A stretch of DNA of 64,000 bases. Origin: Chrysomallon squamiferum (lineage: Eukaryota; Animalia; Mollusca). Both the position numbers and the translations under genes were made by a program. The notes beneath the pieces are model-generated. The model did no database searches, was not told where the DNA came from, and worked only from the letters and a program-made list of their open reading frames with translations. Positions within the stretch are counted from its first letter, which is position 1; every line of letters starts with the position of its first letter. The stretch spans positions 41,850,001 to 41,914,000 of the forward strand of contig CM022665.1 in the NCBI GenBank assembly GCA_012295275.1. The letters run 5' to 3'. Below are positions 12,651 through 28,047 of this stretch, one piece after another.

Positions 12651-15153
12651 ACTACATTTTATGTTGTTACAACTAAAAGGTCGGTCTGAAAGTACACATA
12701 AACCTTTCTAAATAAGTGGATTTCGTTGTACAAAAAAAAAAAAAAAAAAGAAGAAGAATATTCCTAAAGAAAAAAAAAAAAAAAAAGAAAAAGAAAGAAA
12801 GACATAAGCTTCTTACGCATAACTAAAAAAAAAAAAAAAGATTCCATATATCTGACCTGACAACCTGAAAATTAAGAAAAAAAAAAAAATGTTTGTTTGT
12901 TTTTCAAAACCTAAACTGTATTTTACGTTTCTATTTTGTCTTCCGCTGGCAAAAAGTTTCCAAAGACTATTCATTTTCTCGACACTGGAAGAAAGCACCG
13001 AACTTAAACGAATCGTTTTCTTGTTGTTCTAAGCTTCAGATGGAAATGTGGCGGCAACTGCGCATGCTCCGTTCATTTCCTCTCCAGATTACTGTCAACT
13101 GAACAGAAAGAGGACGGAAAGCGACATATTGATGTTCAGCGGAGATACTCGGCGATCAATTTACTTTTAATTTTTGTCCTTTATATTTTATCCAGGATTA
13201 CAGACTAATTATTCTGTGATATCGCCAGTTTACTGATAGCAGGGCTGAAAATACGTGGAAACTCGTATTTGCATTACGCAAGCAAAGAATCTAGAATTAT
13301 TTGTATTTGGAGAAAAAACGATGGTTAGAAAAAAAACGATAGAAAAAAAAAAAACGATAAAAAAAAACAAAAAACACCTGATCAGATTTAAAATAATATC
13401 TTTTTAAGTGTAAAATAAATAAATGAACCATTTTTTAAAACTAAAATATAAATATAATCCGCTAAAACAAAAAACAGAATTACTACCATACACACACATA
13501 CAATATTATAGCTTACATATGCGCACATAATATACACATGTTCCCACACACAAATATATACGCACAGAAACACGCACCGACACATACACAGACACACACT
13601 CACATACAATATTATATGAAACGTGTTCAAAGAAAAAAAAAAAACCAGATCCTTAAGTGTACCCACGTATGAAAGAGGAGTTTAAGCACACTAATATCCA
13701 CATTTGATCCATGATACTGTGTATGTGACTAAAATAAAACATGATACAGCTTTAAAGCCTCTTGGGTATATCATTGAATTAGCCAGAGGAATAAGCCAAC
13801 ACACCATAATATGCAAGAGAGTTTAAGAACAGTATCTTGGAATCGACTGACTTTAATCTGTTTTTATGTGTCTGTTAGTGGTATAGAATTTAATAACAGA
13901 GTTCTCGTGATGTTTGGCACAGTCAAGTACACTATCAAATGTCGTCTGCTCGTGTCCAGATCTCAAGTCGTCTGCAATTGTAAATTATTTTACGTGATTA
14001 CTGACAGAGGTGAAGGTAGATATGAAGGTAAATCGAATGTGTGCTCTTTTTTTTTTTCAGATAACTCCCCAACAGAGCCAGTATAAAAAATATATATAAT
14101 ATAAACAAATAAATGAATACGTTATTAAGTCAGTGAATAAATAATGGCAAATCATTAATAACAACACAGTAACAATTTTATTATTATTATTACTTTTGTT
14201 GTTATTACTGTTGTAATTGTCGTCGTTATTATTTTTAAAATTGATAAAAAAAAAAAAAATGCTGTTTTTAAAATTAAAAAAAAATAAAATAAAATAAAAT
14301 AAAAAATAAATAAAGAAGAAAATTTATGAAGTTAAGTTTCAAACCAATGAGGGGAGGGGTGAGAAATAATTCGACAAAAGCCGCAACGAGATTTGATCCT
14401 GTAACCGATCATACAACGAACCAACGCTCCACGGAATAAAAAATATATATATATATATATATATGTAAGTTCTACAAAGCTGCACTCAAATATCCATATA
14501 TAAATATCAGAGATGAATAGACGCGGAAAGCCAACAATGATATAATAAACTACCTGATAATGGCTATCGGTATGAAAAGAAACTGTCACGTTTGACAAGC
14601 AAATCGATCTGAGCTTTTATAATCCTGAAATCTTCCAAGCACTCGGGTTATATGCAATATTCATGTCTGAAGGAAATACGAGAACACTCGCGGGAAACCG
14701 ACATCAGATAAACAAAACCCATTTTCAAAATGTTTTAGTATCCGCATTGACGAAAGTTAGCTAAACAGGACTTTGAATTCTGTCTGAAAGACAAAGAACA
14801 GGCCGCGAACGGTTTTATTAGCCAGTCTGTTTTCGAAAAAGTGCACTAAAATGAAAGAAAAGTCACGCATGTCTGATACAAATGGACGACAGACAGAAAC
14901 GACGCATGCTCTGTTAATTTCATTTCCGGAATATTCATGTTCAGAGAAACGACGCATGCTCTGTTGGTTTCATTTCCGGATTATGTTTAAACGAAAGGAA
15001 ACGGTGAACGGATGTCACTTTGCTGATGTTATAGCTACATAAGACACTGAGGATTAAATTCAATTTCAGTGTCTAAATGAATCGATTTATTAATGAGTAT
15101 CTTGATCCTCTTTTTTTCTTTTACAGTTTAATAAACTGATACGGATACACACA

Positions 15154-15310
<157 letters not shown>

Positions 15311-18290
15311 CACACATATGTACACATTCACAGACTTTAGATATTTGATTTTCTACAAAAGGTAACCGAATATATGTACTTTACATAGTTTTCAAGACAA
15401 ATGTGTTTTGTTAAGCACAAGGGTTTCATTTTAATTAATATCTGAGTTACTTTAAACCAAAATGTCGCATTTAACACTAAGAAGAATAAAATGAAATTAA
15501 CACACACACACACACACACGAAAATCGTCAAGATTCACTGAATGAACATTAAGTCGCTTAGTCTCAGAATTTGACTCTGAACTGCATAACAAAATTTAGT
15601 TTCATTTTGGAAATATATAAATTATATATTCCGCAGGGATGAACAGATTTTAAAATTCAGGTTATGGCTAAATATTATTTGATTTAATGCAACAGTAATG
15701 TCAATAAGCATTATTTTCGTCATCTCAGTTATATATTCTGATAGTTTCCATTATGGTTCCCTAGAAAATAACTTTTTTTTTTTAACTTATAAAAAGGACA
15801 ATGTATTAATTTAATAAACAATTTTTAAAGCTGAGTCCAAAATATAACGATTTTCATATGTATATATGTGGGTGTGTTTTTGTTTCAGTTTGTGGGTGTG
15901 TGTCTATGTGTGTGTCAAGAATAAACAATCCAGTAAGTGTGACGATCCTTTGACATATTCAGTTCATTCTTCTCTATTGTCTGTTACAAGACAAAAATTT
16001 CCATTTGGCTGCTTTGCGAAACCAATTTACATGAAGACTCACGAAAGACCTGCAGAAAACTACGACAGTGTCACTTTCATGTCATACTGTGTTCATTCGT
16101 ATTAAATTAACACGCTTAAATGACTTAATAACCATTGTTTAGCAATGGGAATCTATTACATTTGTTATTCACGAATGTCATCATTCATAATTTCACCACC
16201 TACGCTGACATGGAATACCAAATATCAACTGATTTCCTTAAAATGAATACAACTGCTTTGGCCAGAACTCTTCGGAAGTTCTCCCCGATGGAAACATGAT
16301 AAAAAAAAAAAAAAAATACACCCACTCACAGAAAGGGAATCATAATTAAAGTGATCTGATAACAGAGGACTGCTGAAGTCTTCGATGGCCGGTTGTGCTT
16401 CCCATGAGTTATAACACAGTGTTCAACAAAAAAAGCCTTGACCAAAACATTATGTCTGGGCGCAACTCAGACAAGAATCATAGCAAGTGATATACAGATA
16501 CGCAAATCGATGCAGTGCTTTTAGGCTTTCAGATCAGATCATTTAGTACAAACGTACATATGCAATATTCACGTCTCTGGCAGACGTAAAGTGTCCCAGA
16601 ATAGCGAGACATCAGAGGCGTCAAGCTATTTACATTATAATACCCGGCAATTACCCTTTCTGCTAGAGACAAAGAGCCAAACGTTCTTAAGTATTCTTCT
16701 CAGAAGTACAATCAGACTGAAGACTTTTGATGATAACAGTTACCAAGTACTCAGGCCAGATGTAGATATGACAAGTCTTTACGCTATGAGAGGAAGCAGC
16801 GAACCTGATTCCAAGTCTGACACAGAACACCATGATGTTAACAAGTGAAACAGGACGCACATTCAGACTGCAAAGAAATAAGCTAAGAAATCTTTATTGG
16901 CAATAATTAAAAGTAATAGATATTACAAATTAAATTAAATTTTAAGAGTTGCCTTCAGATCTCGAAGACTTAAAGTTGTTTAGGCATACACAGAGAGTGA
17001 AAAAACTGAACTGAAATTTGATAAAAAAAAAAAAAAAAAAAAATCCTTTCGGTAGACGAGACCCTTAGTGATAGTTATTTCTTTTCTTTTCTTCGTCTTC
17101 TTGCTTTTTTCATATATGATAGTTAGACTGTGCTGGTACTTTTTATTTTGAAAAGTCAAAGACGAACGATCTAACCCATGAACTTGAGATCAACACAAAA
17201 CGCGTTATTTTTCATACACTTTGTCGGTGCATTCGGTCTCGTTACTTAGAAATAATGCAATATAACGTTGAACCCATTAAATCTCAACACGTTTTATTTT
17301 AATTGCCTTTGTATTGAGACAATTCAGGAGAACCATCACCGAAGCTAATTATTTAATAACCTCCGATATATACCTTATTGACACACTGTTATTAGACCCT
17401 TTATAGACATACGATGGTGATTCAGTGCTGAAAGCTTCTTGTATTGACAAAAGTGTAGACTGTAAATTACTACATATCGTCTACTCCAAACATATACTGG
17501 AGCTATGGGCTTTTTACGAAATTAATTTACGTCACGAATGGCTGCAAGCAAAGTGCACGAGACTACCGTGTTTGCAAGCACGTGTCTGATTGGCTAGACA
17601 AGATGTGATTACGAGGTTAATATGGCGACAGGAAGCAAACTAAGGCAGCAAACCAACCACTATCAATTAATCTTGTAGAGATGGCCTGAAGCCGGGAGAT
17701 AACAATGTTTTTGTTGGTTTTGGAGCTGAAGGACACGTTGAACGTATTAAGTACATCACGGATGAAGCTGCAGGAACAGGATTACTGAAATTACTCGATT
17801 TAGGAGAGATAAATGCAAGGCAAAAGAGAGCAAGAAACTCAAGCGATTGAAAAAAAAAAAAAAAAAAAAGAGAAAAGGAAAAAAAAGTCAAATGATGCTG
17901 AAGGAGCCTAACTAGCGCCATTTCGACGCTTAATCTTTCTTCAGCTGTCATCGTTTTGAAAACATTTGGCAATTCAAATAATCAAGCCATTCCATAAGAA
18001 TAAATATTAAAAAAAAGAATTATATTCTGTTTTGAAAATAAAATTTTTAATTAAAACTATACTCATTCTTTAAATAGTTTCAAGCGAACATTTGCTGAAA
18101 AATCAATAATCTACATTTCACTGAATTAATTTCTGTGTAAAATATGCTCATAATTTAGCTAGAAAGTGAGACAGTCAGATATACGTGCGAGTGTGTGAAT
18201 ATGATAGGTATGTCTATAATTATGTCTATATTTATGTATGTATGTATGTGTGTGTGTGTGTGTGTGTGTGTTTGTATGTATATATGTATG

Positions 18291-18324
<34 letters not shown>

Positions 18325-18789
18325 TGCATGCATGCACGTATGTGTGTGTGTGCGTTTGTGTGTGTGTGTGTGCAAAAAATAATTTTGTGAAGCTTCAGGA
18401 ATACTCTCAGTGATAGAATGGGCAGAAACAGTATCATACGTTGTGTCTGTGTGTGTGTGTGTGTGTCTGTGTGTCTGTGTGTGAGCGTGCGTGTGTGTGG
18501 GTGTGTAAAAAAATAATTCTGGAAAGCTTCAGGAATATTTTCAGTGACAGAATGGGCAGAAACAGTATCATTCGTCATCTTAAACTGCTACACGAATTTT
18601 TTTTTTAAACGTTCTGCTCACGGAAAGATTCGTGGGATCCCATCATTATTTTCCAAAACGTGTATGTTTACATGAAATATTATTAGCCAGAACGAAAATA
18701 CAGTCACATTAAAGTATCGGGTTGAAGTAGTAATACAGTCCCTGTCTGTCACAATTAATGTTATAAAACACAGATACATTTGTCACTGA

Positions 18790-18830
<41 letters not shown>

Positions 18831-18890
18831 ACTGAGGGACGGATCCAGGAAATGGAACGCCATTGTGGTAGGATGTAATTTTCCAAAATG

Positions 18891-18921
18891 AATAATAATA
18901 ATAGTAATAATAATAATAATT

Positions 18922-18990
<69 letters not shown>

Positions 18991-19110
18991 CAACGTTGAT
19001 GTTGATGATGATGATAATTATAATAATAATAATGATGATGATGCTAATGTAACGATGATGTTAATGATGGTGATGATGATGATAATAATGATAACGACGA
19101 CGATGATAGC
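18891..19110. repeat. (AAT)n/(GAT)n trinucleotide tract
   Basis: Direct reading. Confidence 0.9.
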
Positions 19111-19405
19111 AGTAATACCTGGGACAGCATACGTATTAAAATAATTTCTGTTTTAACTGTAAAAGAATAAGGAGAACAAAAAATAATACACATCAACGTT
19201 GACTAACCTCTATTTCGTGTGACAAAAAATAGTAGATCGTACAGTTTGTGATTAGAAAATACTGCAGGTGTTTGTAAAATTGATTTGTCTTTGTCAGTAG
19301 AGATGTAGCAACTGCAGCCAGAAATCAAACAATTGCTTGAACATAATAAATGGAATTTCTGATCACAAAAACAAAAAAAAATAAATACAAAAATATATAA
19401 ATAAA

Positions 19406-19460
<55 letters not shown>

Positions 19461-19729
19461 GAAAAAAGGATTAATAATAATATGAAGAAATTATAATAAT
19501 AATAATGAAAACGACGTCGACAACCCCAGAACAACAACAATAATAATTGACAACGACGACAACAACACCACCACCACCAACAATAATAATAAAACAGAGA
19601 ATATGATTTTTGGAATAAAGTAAATAGGGTTTGTGTATAAGAAAAAAGAAAATCAACATTTAGGAAAATGGAACAAAAGAATTAGGAATTTCCCCAAAAA
19701 AAAAAAATGAAAACCAAAAAAAACAAAAC

Positions 19730-20032
19730 AAGTAGGACGATAAATGTCTAAGAACAAAACGAAGTGGAATTTCTGCGTTAGGACGAAATAAGTGGAATTT
19801 CTTCATCAAAACGAAATAAGTTTGATTTCTTCGTTACAAATAAATAAATAAAATAAAAAAGAGGGACTTTTTGCATAAGAATAAAACAAGTTGGATTTCC
19901 GCATTAGAACGAAGTAGGATTTGAGCATTAGAAAGAAGTAAGTAGGATTTCCCTATTAGAAAGAAATAAGCAGGATTACAGTATTAGAATAAAATGTATT
20001 CGATTTCCGTATTAGAACAAAATAAGTAGGAT
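19730..20032. repeat. Degenerate ~29-bp minisatellite
   Basis: Repeated AAGTAGGATTTCC.TATTAGAA.GAAAT-like units. Confidence 0.6.
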
Positions 20033-20102
20033 TATATATATATATATATATATATATATGATTTATTAAAACCTATGTTTTGTTATTTCCACAATAGGAG
20101 TG

Positions 20103-20144
<42 letters not shown>

Positions 20145-20779
20145 TGAGAGAGAAAAAAATAAGATTACCATTAGTTAGAATCAAAGATTCAAGGGTTTAC
20201 GGTAGTTTGTGGTCTGGCCCATACATAACAGTCCTTCTAAGCAACGAAAATAAGCAGATGCGGGAATATGGGGTTTGACCATATTGCCATGTAAGTACTT
20301 TTGATAACGGAATAAAGCAGAATTGAAGACTGATGGAGCGAGTCTCGATAACTCACTTGTTATATTTGATAGAGAGGGTCTGGATAAACAATCAATCAAC
20401 GACAAAATAAATCACGTGGGATTTGAAATGTGCATATTATCGATTTTTGTCAACGTTCGTTATATAACGATATAAAATACATGATTATTGTGCATCAGGC
20501 AGGCAAGATAATTATAAATAAGATAATACGTAACAGTGGTTGTTATTAAGATATATTTGCTGTCGAAACAGTTTTACATTTGTTCAGCAGTCACTTGGGA
20601 AATCTGATAAAACAGAATGTTTAGGTTTAATGAATGGCAAAGAGGAACAGAAGAGAGTTAAATAAGAATAGCTACACCAAACAAACAACAAAATATATTT
20701 ACGTACATAAATACGAGACCGACTGTCAGACAAATATTAAAAAGAAAAATGGTCTGAACGGTACGGTTGGTGATCTTTT

Positions 20780-20784
<5 letters not shown>

Positions 20785-20838
<54 letters not shown>

Positions 20839-21140
20839 AAGAAGAAGAAGAAGAAGAAGAAGAAGAAGAAGAAGAACAACAACAACAACAACAAGGAAAA
20901 GAATAATGACAATGATGATAATGATAATACTGACGACGATGATGATGATAATGATAAAAATAATAATAGTATAATAATAATAATAAGAAGAAGAAGAAGA
21001 AGAACAACAACAACAACATCAACAAGGAAAAGAATAATGCCTATGATGATATTGATAATAATGAAGTCGATGATGATAACGATGATAATGAAAATACTGA
21101 CGACGACGATGATGATGATGATAAAAATTAATAATAATAA
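20785..21140. repeat. Compound (AAT)n/(GAA)n/(AAC)n/(GAT)n tract, internally duplicated
   Basis: Direct reading; the block ending ACAAGGAAAAGAATAATG occurs twice. Confidence 0.9.
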
Positions 21141-22092
21141 TACGACGAAGAATAAGAATACCTCTAGTTATATATAAAAAATAAGGCATGACTGAAATGG
21201 GAGAAATAACTCAAAGTTTAAGAGGATTTATTATGCATCTGTTCATTTCCAGAAGCCATAATTCTTACTGCTGATCTACCATCCATTGCTTAAAGCAAAA
21301 ACAAACACTTAAACTTGACAAATAATATTAAGTTATTGATTTTTTTTTTTTTTTTTTCTCTCGATAATTAAGCTTAAATAAAACTAAATAACAAGACTCA
21401 GGCGATGTAATTACGATTTTATATAACTTCATGTTTTGTGTCTAGTTATTAATTCTTTCTTACTGCCATAGGAAAGACTGCTAGGAAACAGTTGTAAGAG
21501 TTCGTGACAGCTAACGCCAAGAAAGTGAAAAACTATTTGCGGTTAGCAGAGACTGGTTATTTTAAACTTTCTTCCTCGAGGACTTTGACCTACTTTGCTA
21601 CAACTGGGTCAAGGTCAGGAGATGATAGTCTGCCAAAAAACGATCGATTCCATAACGGTAACTACTGTAAATAACTTCGCTTGGATATGCAGTACTGAAG
21701 AATGCAGTGTTTTTTTTTTTTTTTTTTTTTTTTTAATGATCTGTTTTTTTTTCTTTCATTCACGCTTCCTTCTGGACATCTTTCCTTCCTTATTTATTTA
21801 TTTAAACTTTTAAAATATTATCTTTCATATAAATAAAATAAAATAAAATAAATAAATGAACAGCAACAACATCAAAAAAAAAAAAAAAATTATTATTATT
21901 TATTCAAACTTTTAAAATATTATCTTTCATATAAAGAAATAAATAAATGAACAGCAACAAAAAATAATAATAATACAAATGATAATAATAATAATAATAA
22001 TAATAATAATTTATTTATTTAAACTTTTAAAATATTCTTTCATATAAATAAATAAATAACAAAAAAAAAAAAATAATAATACAAATAACAAA

Positions 22093-22136
<44 letters not shown>

Positions 22137-22435
22137 CAAGTCTAAGCATATCGAAACAAACGAAGCATTTAAATCGCGTTGAACAACTGACTTCGAGGCT
22201 GTTGTCAGTTTTGCCGACTGCACGCCACACAGCGTCACGTGCTGAACGTGATTCATCAAGAAGAAGAAAATTAAATCATTGCTCGCCGATCAGAATTATA
22301 CCGTGGCGTGGAATTGAAAGCAGCGTTCCTTTATTTGCAGTCAGAACGTGTTTGTTCTTCCAACTCGATGACACGAAGAAGTCACATTTAGAGGTCTTGA
22401 GATTCCGTGATTTAATATTTGTTTAATGCGTTAGT

Positions 22436-22482
<47 letters not shown>

Positions 22483-22728
22483 CAGAGATATACAGATACT
22501 GAAGGAGAGAGAGAGAGGATCAGAAAGGAAGAATGAAAGGAAATATTACTGAGAGAGTATGGAAGGAAAGTTTGAAGCAGAAACTATACGAGTGAACAAA
22601 TGAGCAAGTGAGATAAATAATGTGAGGACTAGTATTGATCAAAATTCATTAGTGCTGCTACTGTTATTGTTAGTATACTGAACAATCTGTAAATTATATA
22701 TCAATGAAAGGTGATGCGTTATTATTAA

Positions 22729-22759
<31 letters not shown>

Positions 22760-24639
22760 TATAATTATTATTATAATATAAACAAACAGATGACAGATAT
22801 GTAAATGGATTATTAATAACTGGATCGATCACGTATTACAATGCAGATTAGGGATCAAAGAGATCAAACGAGTTATCCCTGTATTACTGATGAGCGGGTC
22901 ACCCCCGTACAGCGAAGTTGGCGAGCGAGTGGAATCACACGTGTTAAAGGTTTAACAGCCTATAACTACTGAATGTCGACGTCAGCCTAGCATTGGATTG
23001 TCACAGAGCTTGATAACAAGATCAAATCCTCTTCGGCTGAGGCTGCATCAAAGTTGACACACTTATTATTCCCATTTCTCATCTTAGTGGTTTTTCAGCC
23101 TAAAGGCTTATTAATGTTTCGCGGCGAAATACATCATTAACATTGACCAAGCGCTGGTAAATGACCCACGACTGCGACGACATCGATCTTCTTGTATCAT
23201 CAACGCAGTCGGCGGCTGTCAAATTTTTTTTTTTTTTTTTTACTGTGTTTTTCGTCTTATGTTATTTGTGTGATCCTTAACGGACAATAAAAGGGGGGAA
23301 AATACTAAAGAAGAACACATTTAAAGAAATGGAAAAAACTAAAATAAAAAAACTAAAAAGATCGCGCTTTGGGAAGCCAGTTGATGAAGTCTTTGAGAGA
23401 AGATGTTAAATCGGGTTTATGTTCCGAAGGAAAATTAAAACGAATCGTGTCGGAAAGAAGAGAATGAACCGGAAATACGTAATAAAGATTTGTTAACGAC
23501 AGTCTTCATTAGACGCCCACGGTAATGGCACACCACGGAAATACGTACATAATTATAAGACGGATTCGTTTGTTCTTCGAGATTTTCCAGAATGAATGGA
23601 TAATAGATGAAAAGACGGGGGAAAAAAATGTTATTGAAAAATGAAGAAAAAAAAAATACGAAGAATGAATGTTTTAGTTTTTAAAAGAACTTTTGAACCT
23701 TTAATGAACAGAAATAATTCTGCTATTATTAATTTCATCCTTTTTTTTTTTTTTCTCCCTATTAATTATGTATTAATTTGTTCTTCGTCATCTTTATCAT
23801 TATCATCATTATATTAAACGTATCTACTTCTGCTCTTTCTATGAAACGAAATTGTCGTTAGGATTTTCAATTATAAGATGCCAATTCTACTTTTAAAAAA
23901 AATAATAATAATAAAAATAAAATAATAATAAAATAAAATAAAAACTAAAGAAAAAAAAAGAAATCATTATTACTGTTATTTATTCCTTCTTCCAATTTCC
24001 GTTTCCGTGGGCGGTATCACGCAACAACCCAATGAAATTACAAACTGAACGAGGAAATGAACTGATATCTCATCCTTTTAGTTTTATTGCTGTTTCTATT
24101 AAACCTGCAAACGATGATTTTTTGACAAATTATGGATAAGCGTCAATTGAACTGGATATTAATAAAATATTAACAATAAAGCAGTTCTTTTTCGTCACTG
24201 TTGAAAACGAGAATGCAGCAGAAACCGGAATAAAAGCCAATTTTAAAGGCCACGCTACGACTTTAGTTATTCTCTTGACATTTAAACAGTGAAACGCACT
24301 GTCCGCAATGAAGAGATTATTGTTTAACTGTTCGACTGAGAGCAATATCTACAGACCGACAAGAATGCAATATTGCGGAATAGACTGTCCTGAATAAATA
24401 AAAAAAAAAAAACTAAAGAGAGATAAACAGAACGGAGAATGAGGAGAAATGAAAGAAGAAGAAGTACAGAAGAAAACGGAGAAACAAGAAGAAACAAAGA
24501 ATGAAGAAAGAAAAAAAAAGCTGAAAAGAAGATGATAATAATGATGAAAATACTAAAGAAAATAAAGAAAAGGATGAGGCTGTTTTATTCAAAATCCTAT
24601 ATTATTTCACCCAATAGCAAACAAATCATCATACACCTC

Positions 24640-24870
24640 CACAGTGTGCCCACTGAATCAGTCTCTGTCCCAGGGCGTTGCCCATAATCTATGAAAAGCC
24701 GTGGCATCTACGTTATGTCTATGAGAAGGTGCACTTCACATATCCCTTGTTGCTAATTTATTTTGCGAGTAGAGGAATAATGGGATTTCTCTCTCATACT
24801 TTTATTGTCATAGAAAACCCACGTGTAATGGTCGTTAATATTAAACTGCCTTGAAGAATCACTGAATACT
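24640..24870 (+). mobile_element. Old SINE-like interspersed repeat (family B)
   Basis: Patchy similarity to the reverse complements of 3660-3880 and 32550-32740 (e.g. CTTG(T/C)TGCTAATT and AAA(A/G)G(C/T)C(G/A)TG blocks); resembles molluscan SINE bodies from recollection only. Confidence 0.45.
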
Positions 24871-25317
24871 TATTTATTGATCAGTCGATAGTGCGCCACA
24901 CCTAGCATTAACGCAATATATTGAAATCATCGCCAATAAATTTTGTTAAAACTTGTATTAATTCTGATACGAGCAAAAATTCAGAGCTGGCATCTTATGC
25001 ACCACTAGATTTATGATGCGGATAATAAAATTATTGCAATAATGGCAAGACAAAAATTAATTGTGAAACCAAAATGTGCTTTTTTTTTTTTTCATTGCGA
25101 GTTTTATTGTGAATATCCTAACAGGAATATAGATACGTTTTACAGATCTAATGACGCGTAAGAGAATATAAGAATACATACATGTGTTACACTGTGTCTT
25201 TTTATTTAATTTATTGATGTATGTAGTAATACAAAGCTACAGATATTATGAAATGTAGGGCACACAATAATATATATATATATATGTTTGTCAAATGTAA
25301 TTTGGCTGTAGTTTTTA

Positions 25318-25349
<32 letters not shown>

Positions 25350-26144
25350 ATTTTTTTTATAGTAAATGGAACATGCTTGTTAGAGTAAGATAAAATGTCA
25401 TCTCTTTGTCTCCCATACTTTGTCAGATATCATAAAATAATTATTAATCATTACTTGTCTTGTGATGCAAGACGTGATATAAATTTGGATGTCACGACAG
25501 ACTTCATTATAAATAATACATCAAAATTATGTCACATAAAAAGAACACACTGGACGTCTGAACTAATGAATGAATGACAATTTGGCTAGCAAGCTTCAAA
25601 TGCCTTTAACAATATCGGGTATTACTAAAAAATATATTTTTTATTTAATCATGATACGAAATAGGAAATCTGCTATTCTCATCCAAAGATACTTCTGTTC
25701 AGTTAGCAACAAGGGAACTTTTATACGCACCTTTCCAGCAGAGCGCAAGCCACAAACTCTAAAAACATCTGCTTCTTTGGAAAATATTCTAAAAGGCAGA
25801 ATTCTCTTTAACCAAGCAGCTACAGTCTGCACAAACAACAATCAAGATAGTAAGTACAATTCCGTAACCTGCTTCAACCGCTTGTTATCATCATTAAATC
25901 AAAATATCACTTTATAAATAATTAGCAGCAAATTGCCATCATATTCAGTTTCAACGGTTCGATTTTGTCATTATTTTCAGCTCAAAAACAAAATAACAGC
26001 TGCCGTAAAATTTTTCATATGACATTAGTTCGTTTCTCTGTATAATTATTTCCTTTATTTCATTAACTCTCGCTCTGTCAATTCATTTGTCTGTCTGTCT
26101 CTTTCACTATCTATATCTAGTCTCCATTTCGTTTCTTATCTCCA

Positions 26145-26148
<4 letters not shown>

Positions 26149-26230
<82 letters not shown>

Positions 26231-26300
26231 TCTCTCTCTCTCTCTCCCTCCCTCTCTCTCTCCCTCCCTCCCTCTCTCCCTCTCTCCCTCTCTCCCTCTC
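26149..26300. repeat. (CT)n microsatellite
   Basis: Direct reading. Confidence 0.95.
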
Positions 26301-27595
26301 CCGTTTTTTCGCTATGTATTTCTTTCATTCTCTTTTTCTTTCTTTCGTTCTGTCTCGCATTATCTCTTTCGTCCCCCTCTCTTTCTCTTTCTCTTTCTCA
26401 ATATTTGTCAGTATTTCATGATTACATCATTGCACTTAAAATTTCCAGTATGACTAGAATTCTTTTTATCTTCTTTTTTCATTTTAAAAAAGCAACTGTT
26501 ATTTACACAAAGAGCAAAACGATCGATATTTCAGCACGCAAACGTTTCATAATAAATTACGAATTTCCTACAATTATCAGCCGACATTGCTATACAGTTT
26601 ATTAATCAAAGTGTCATACATACAATTAGATCAATACAAACTAACAATTTCTGTTGCCAGCAGAGTTGCTTAGTAATTAAATATTTTTTTTTTTTTTTTT
26701 TGTGTGTGTTTTTGTGTGTGTGTGTGTGTGTGTGTAAACTTGTTCAGAATTTGAATTTATTTTCTTTTAAGTATATTTGTATTATACCAGCATTACTAAA
26801 ACTGTTACTGCTACTACTGCTGCGGCTAGCACTTCTACTGCTACTGCTATTACAACTACTACTTCTGCAACTGTTGCTTCTGTTACTACGGCTGCTACTA
26901 CTACTCCTATTCCTATAGCTAGTATTACTAAAATTTACTTCTAGTATACCATCCAGTCAGTACTACTACTACATTTTCTACATTCTACTACTTCTGTGAC
27001 TACTACCAATACAACAACAGCAACAGCAGTTACTACCACCTCTTCTACAACAACTACATTATTATAATAATAATAATAATAATTATTATTATTGTTATTA
27101 TCATTATCATTATTATAGTTGTCATCACCATTATCATTACTACTCCTACTACTATTACTACCACTACCACAATTACTAGTTCCACTAAGGAAAGGACCTC
27201 ATTACAAATTCAAAATATCCACTAAAAACGTAGTTATTTTCCATATATTCGCTTATTCTAATCTCTTACATGAAACATCATTTCTTAACGACAATTTAAC
27301 ACGAGGTTAAAGAAAAATAATACTTAATGATACATTAAGGTGCACGCTATAGCTCAATGAAAGCGTGCTTGCCGGATAAGAAATGAGTTACACGATAAAT
27401 CGTCTATGGTTATATTTACATTTTTGCTATATAAATGGAATAATAATTCGGTAAAAGTATATGAATGTATGTATTATGTCTGTATGTGTATGTATTTATA
27501 TAATTAATACACACACATATAGATATGTACGCAAATGTGTATTTTAGGTCTTAATATATACTCTGTCTTATGTACGTAGATTCTGCACTTCGATA

Positions 27596-27710
27596 GGTCA
27601 AAGTCCTGTCATGACGTCACAAAGTTCGACAGATGCCGCTGACGAGACTCGAGCGCATGGCGCACATTCTCCCGCACTCCGAAGGCGAACGACGATAGCC
27701 CTCGGTTATC
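27596..27710 (-). mobile_element. tRNA-derived SINE head fragment (family A)
   Basis: Minus strand TAACCGAGGG...GCTCGAGTCTCGTCAGCGGCATCTG; homologous to 11620-11716. Confidence 0.6.
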
Positions 27711-27724
27711 TAGACATCCCTGCA

Positions 27725-27728
<4 letters not shown>

Positions 27729-27813
<85 letters not shown>

Positions 27814-28047
27814 ATATATGCATTTATGAATGTATGCATGCACGTATGTATGTATGTATATATGTATGTATGCAGGTATGTATATATGTATGTATGCAGG
27901 TATGTATATATGTATACATGTATGTATATATGTATGCACGTATAGATGTATGTATGTGTGTATGTATGTATATAAGTATGTATGTATGTATACATGTATG
28001 TATGTATGTATGTATGTATGTAGGTAGGTAGATAGGTAGGTAGGTAT
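27729..28047. repeat. (GT)n and (TATG)n microsatellites
   Basis: Direct reading. Confidence 0.9.

Noticed and set aside
12950-13020. Minus-strand peptide FKFGAFFQCRENE loosely like the K2P M1 end
   Set aside because: Flanked by stops, no hydrophobic TM helix, no start codon or suitable donor
17667-17972. 101-aa minus-strand ORF and the opposite-strand open stretch
   Set aside because: Non-ATG start, runs through a poly-T tract, no recognisable homology and no convincing splice sites
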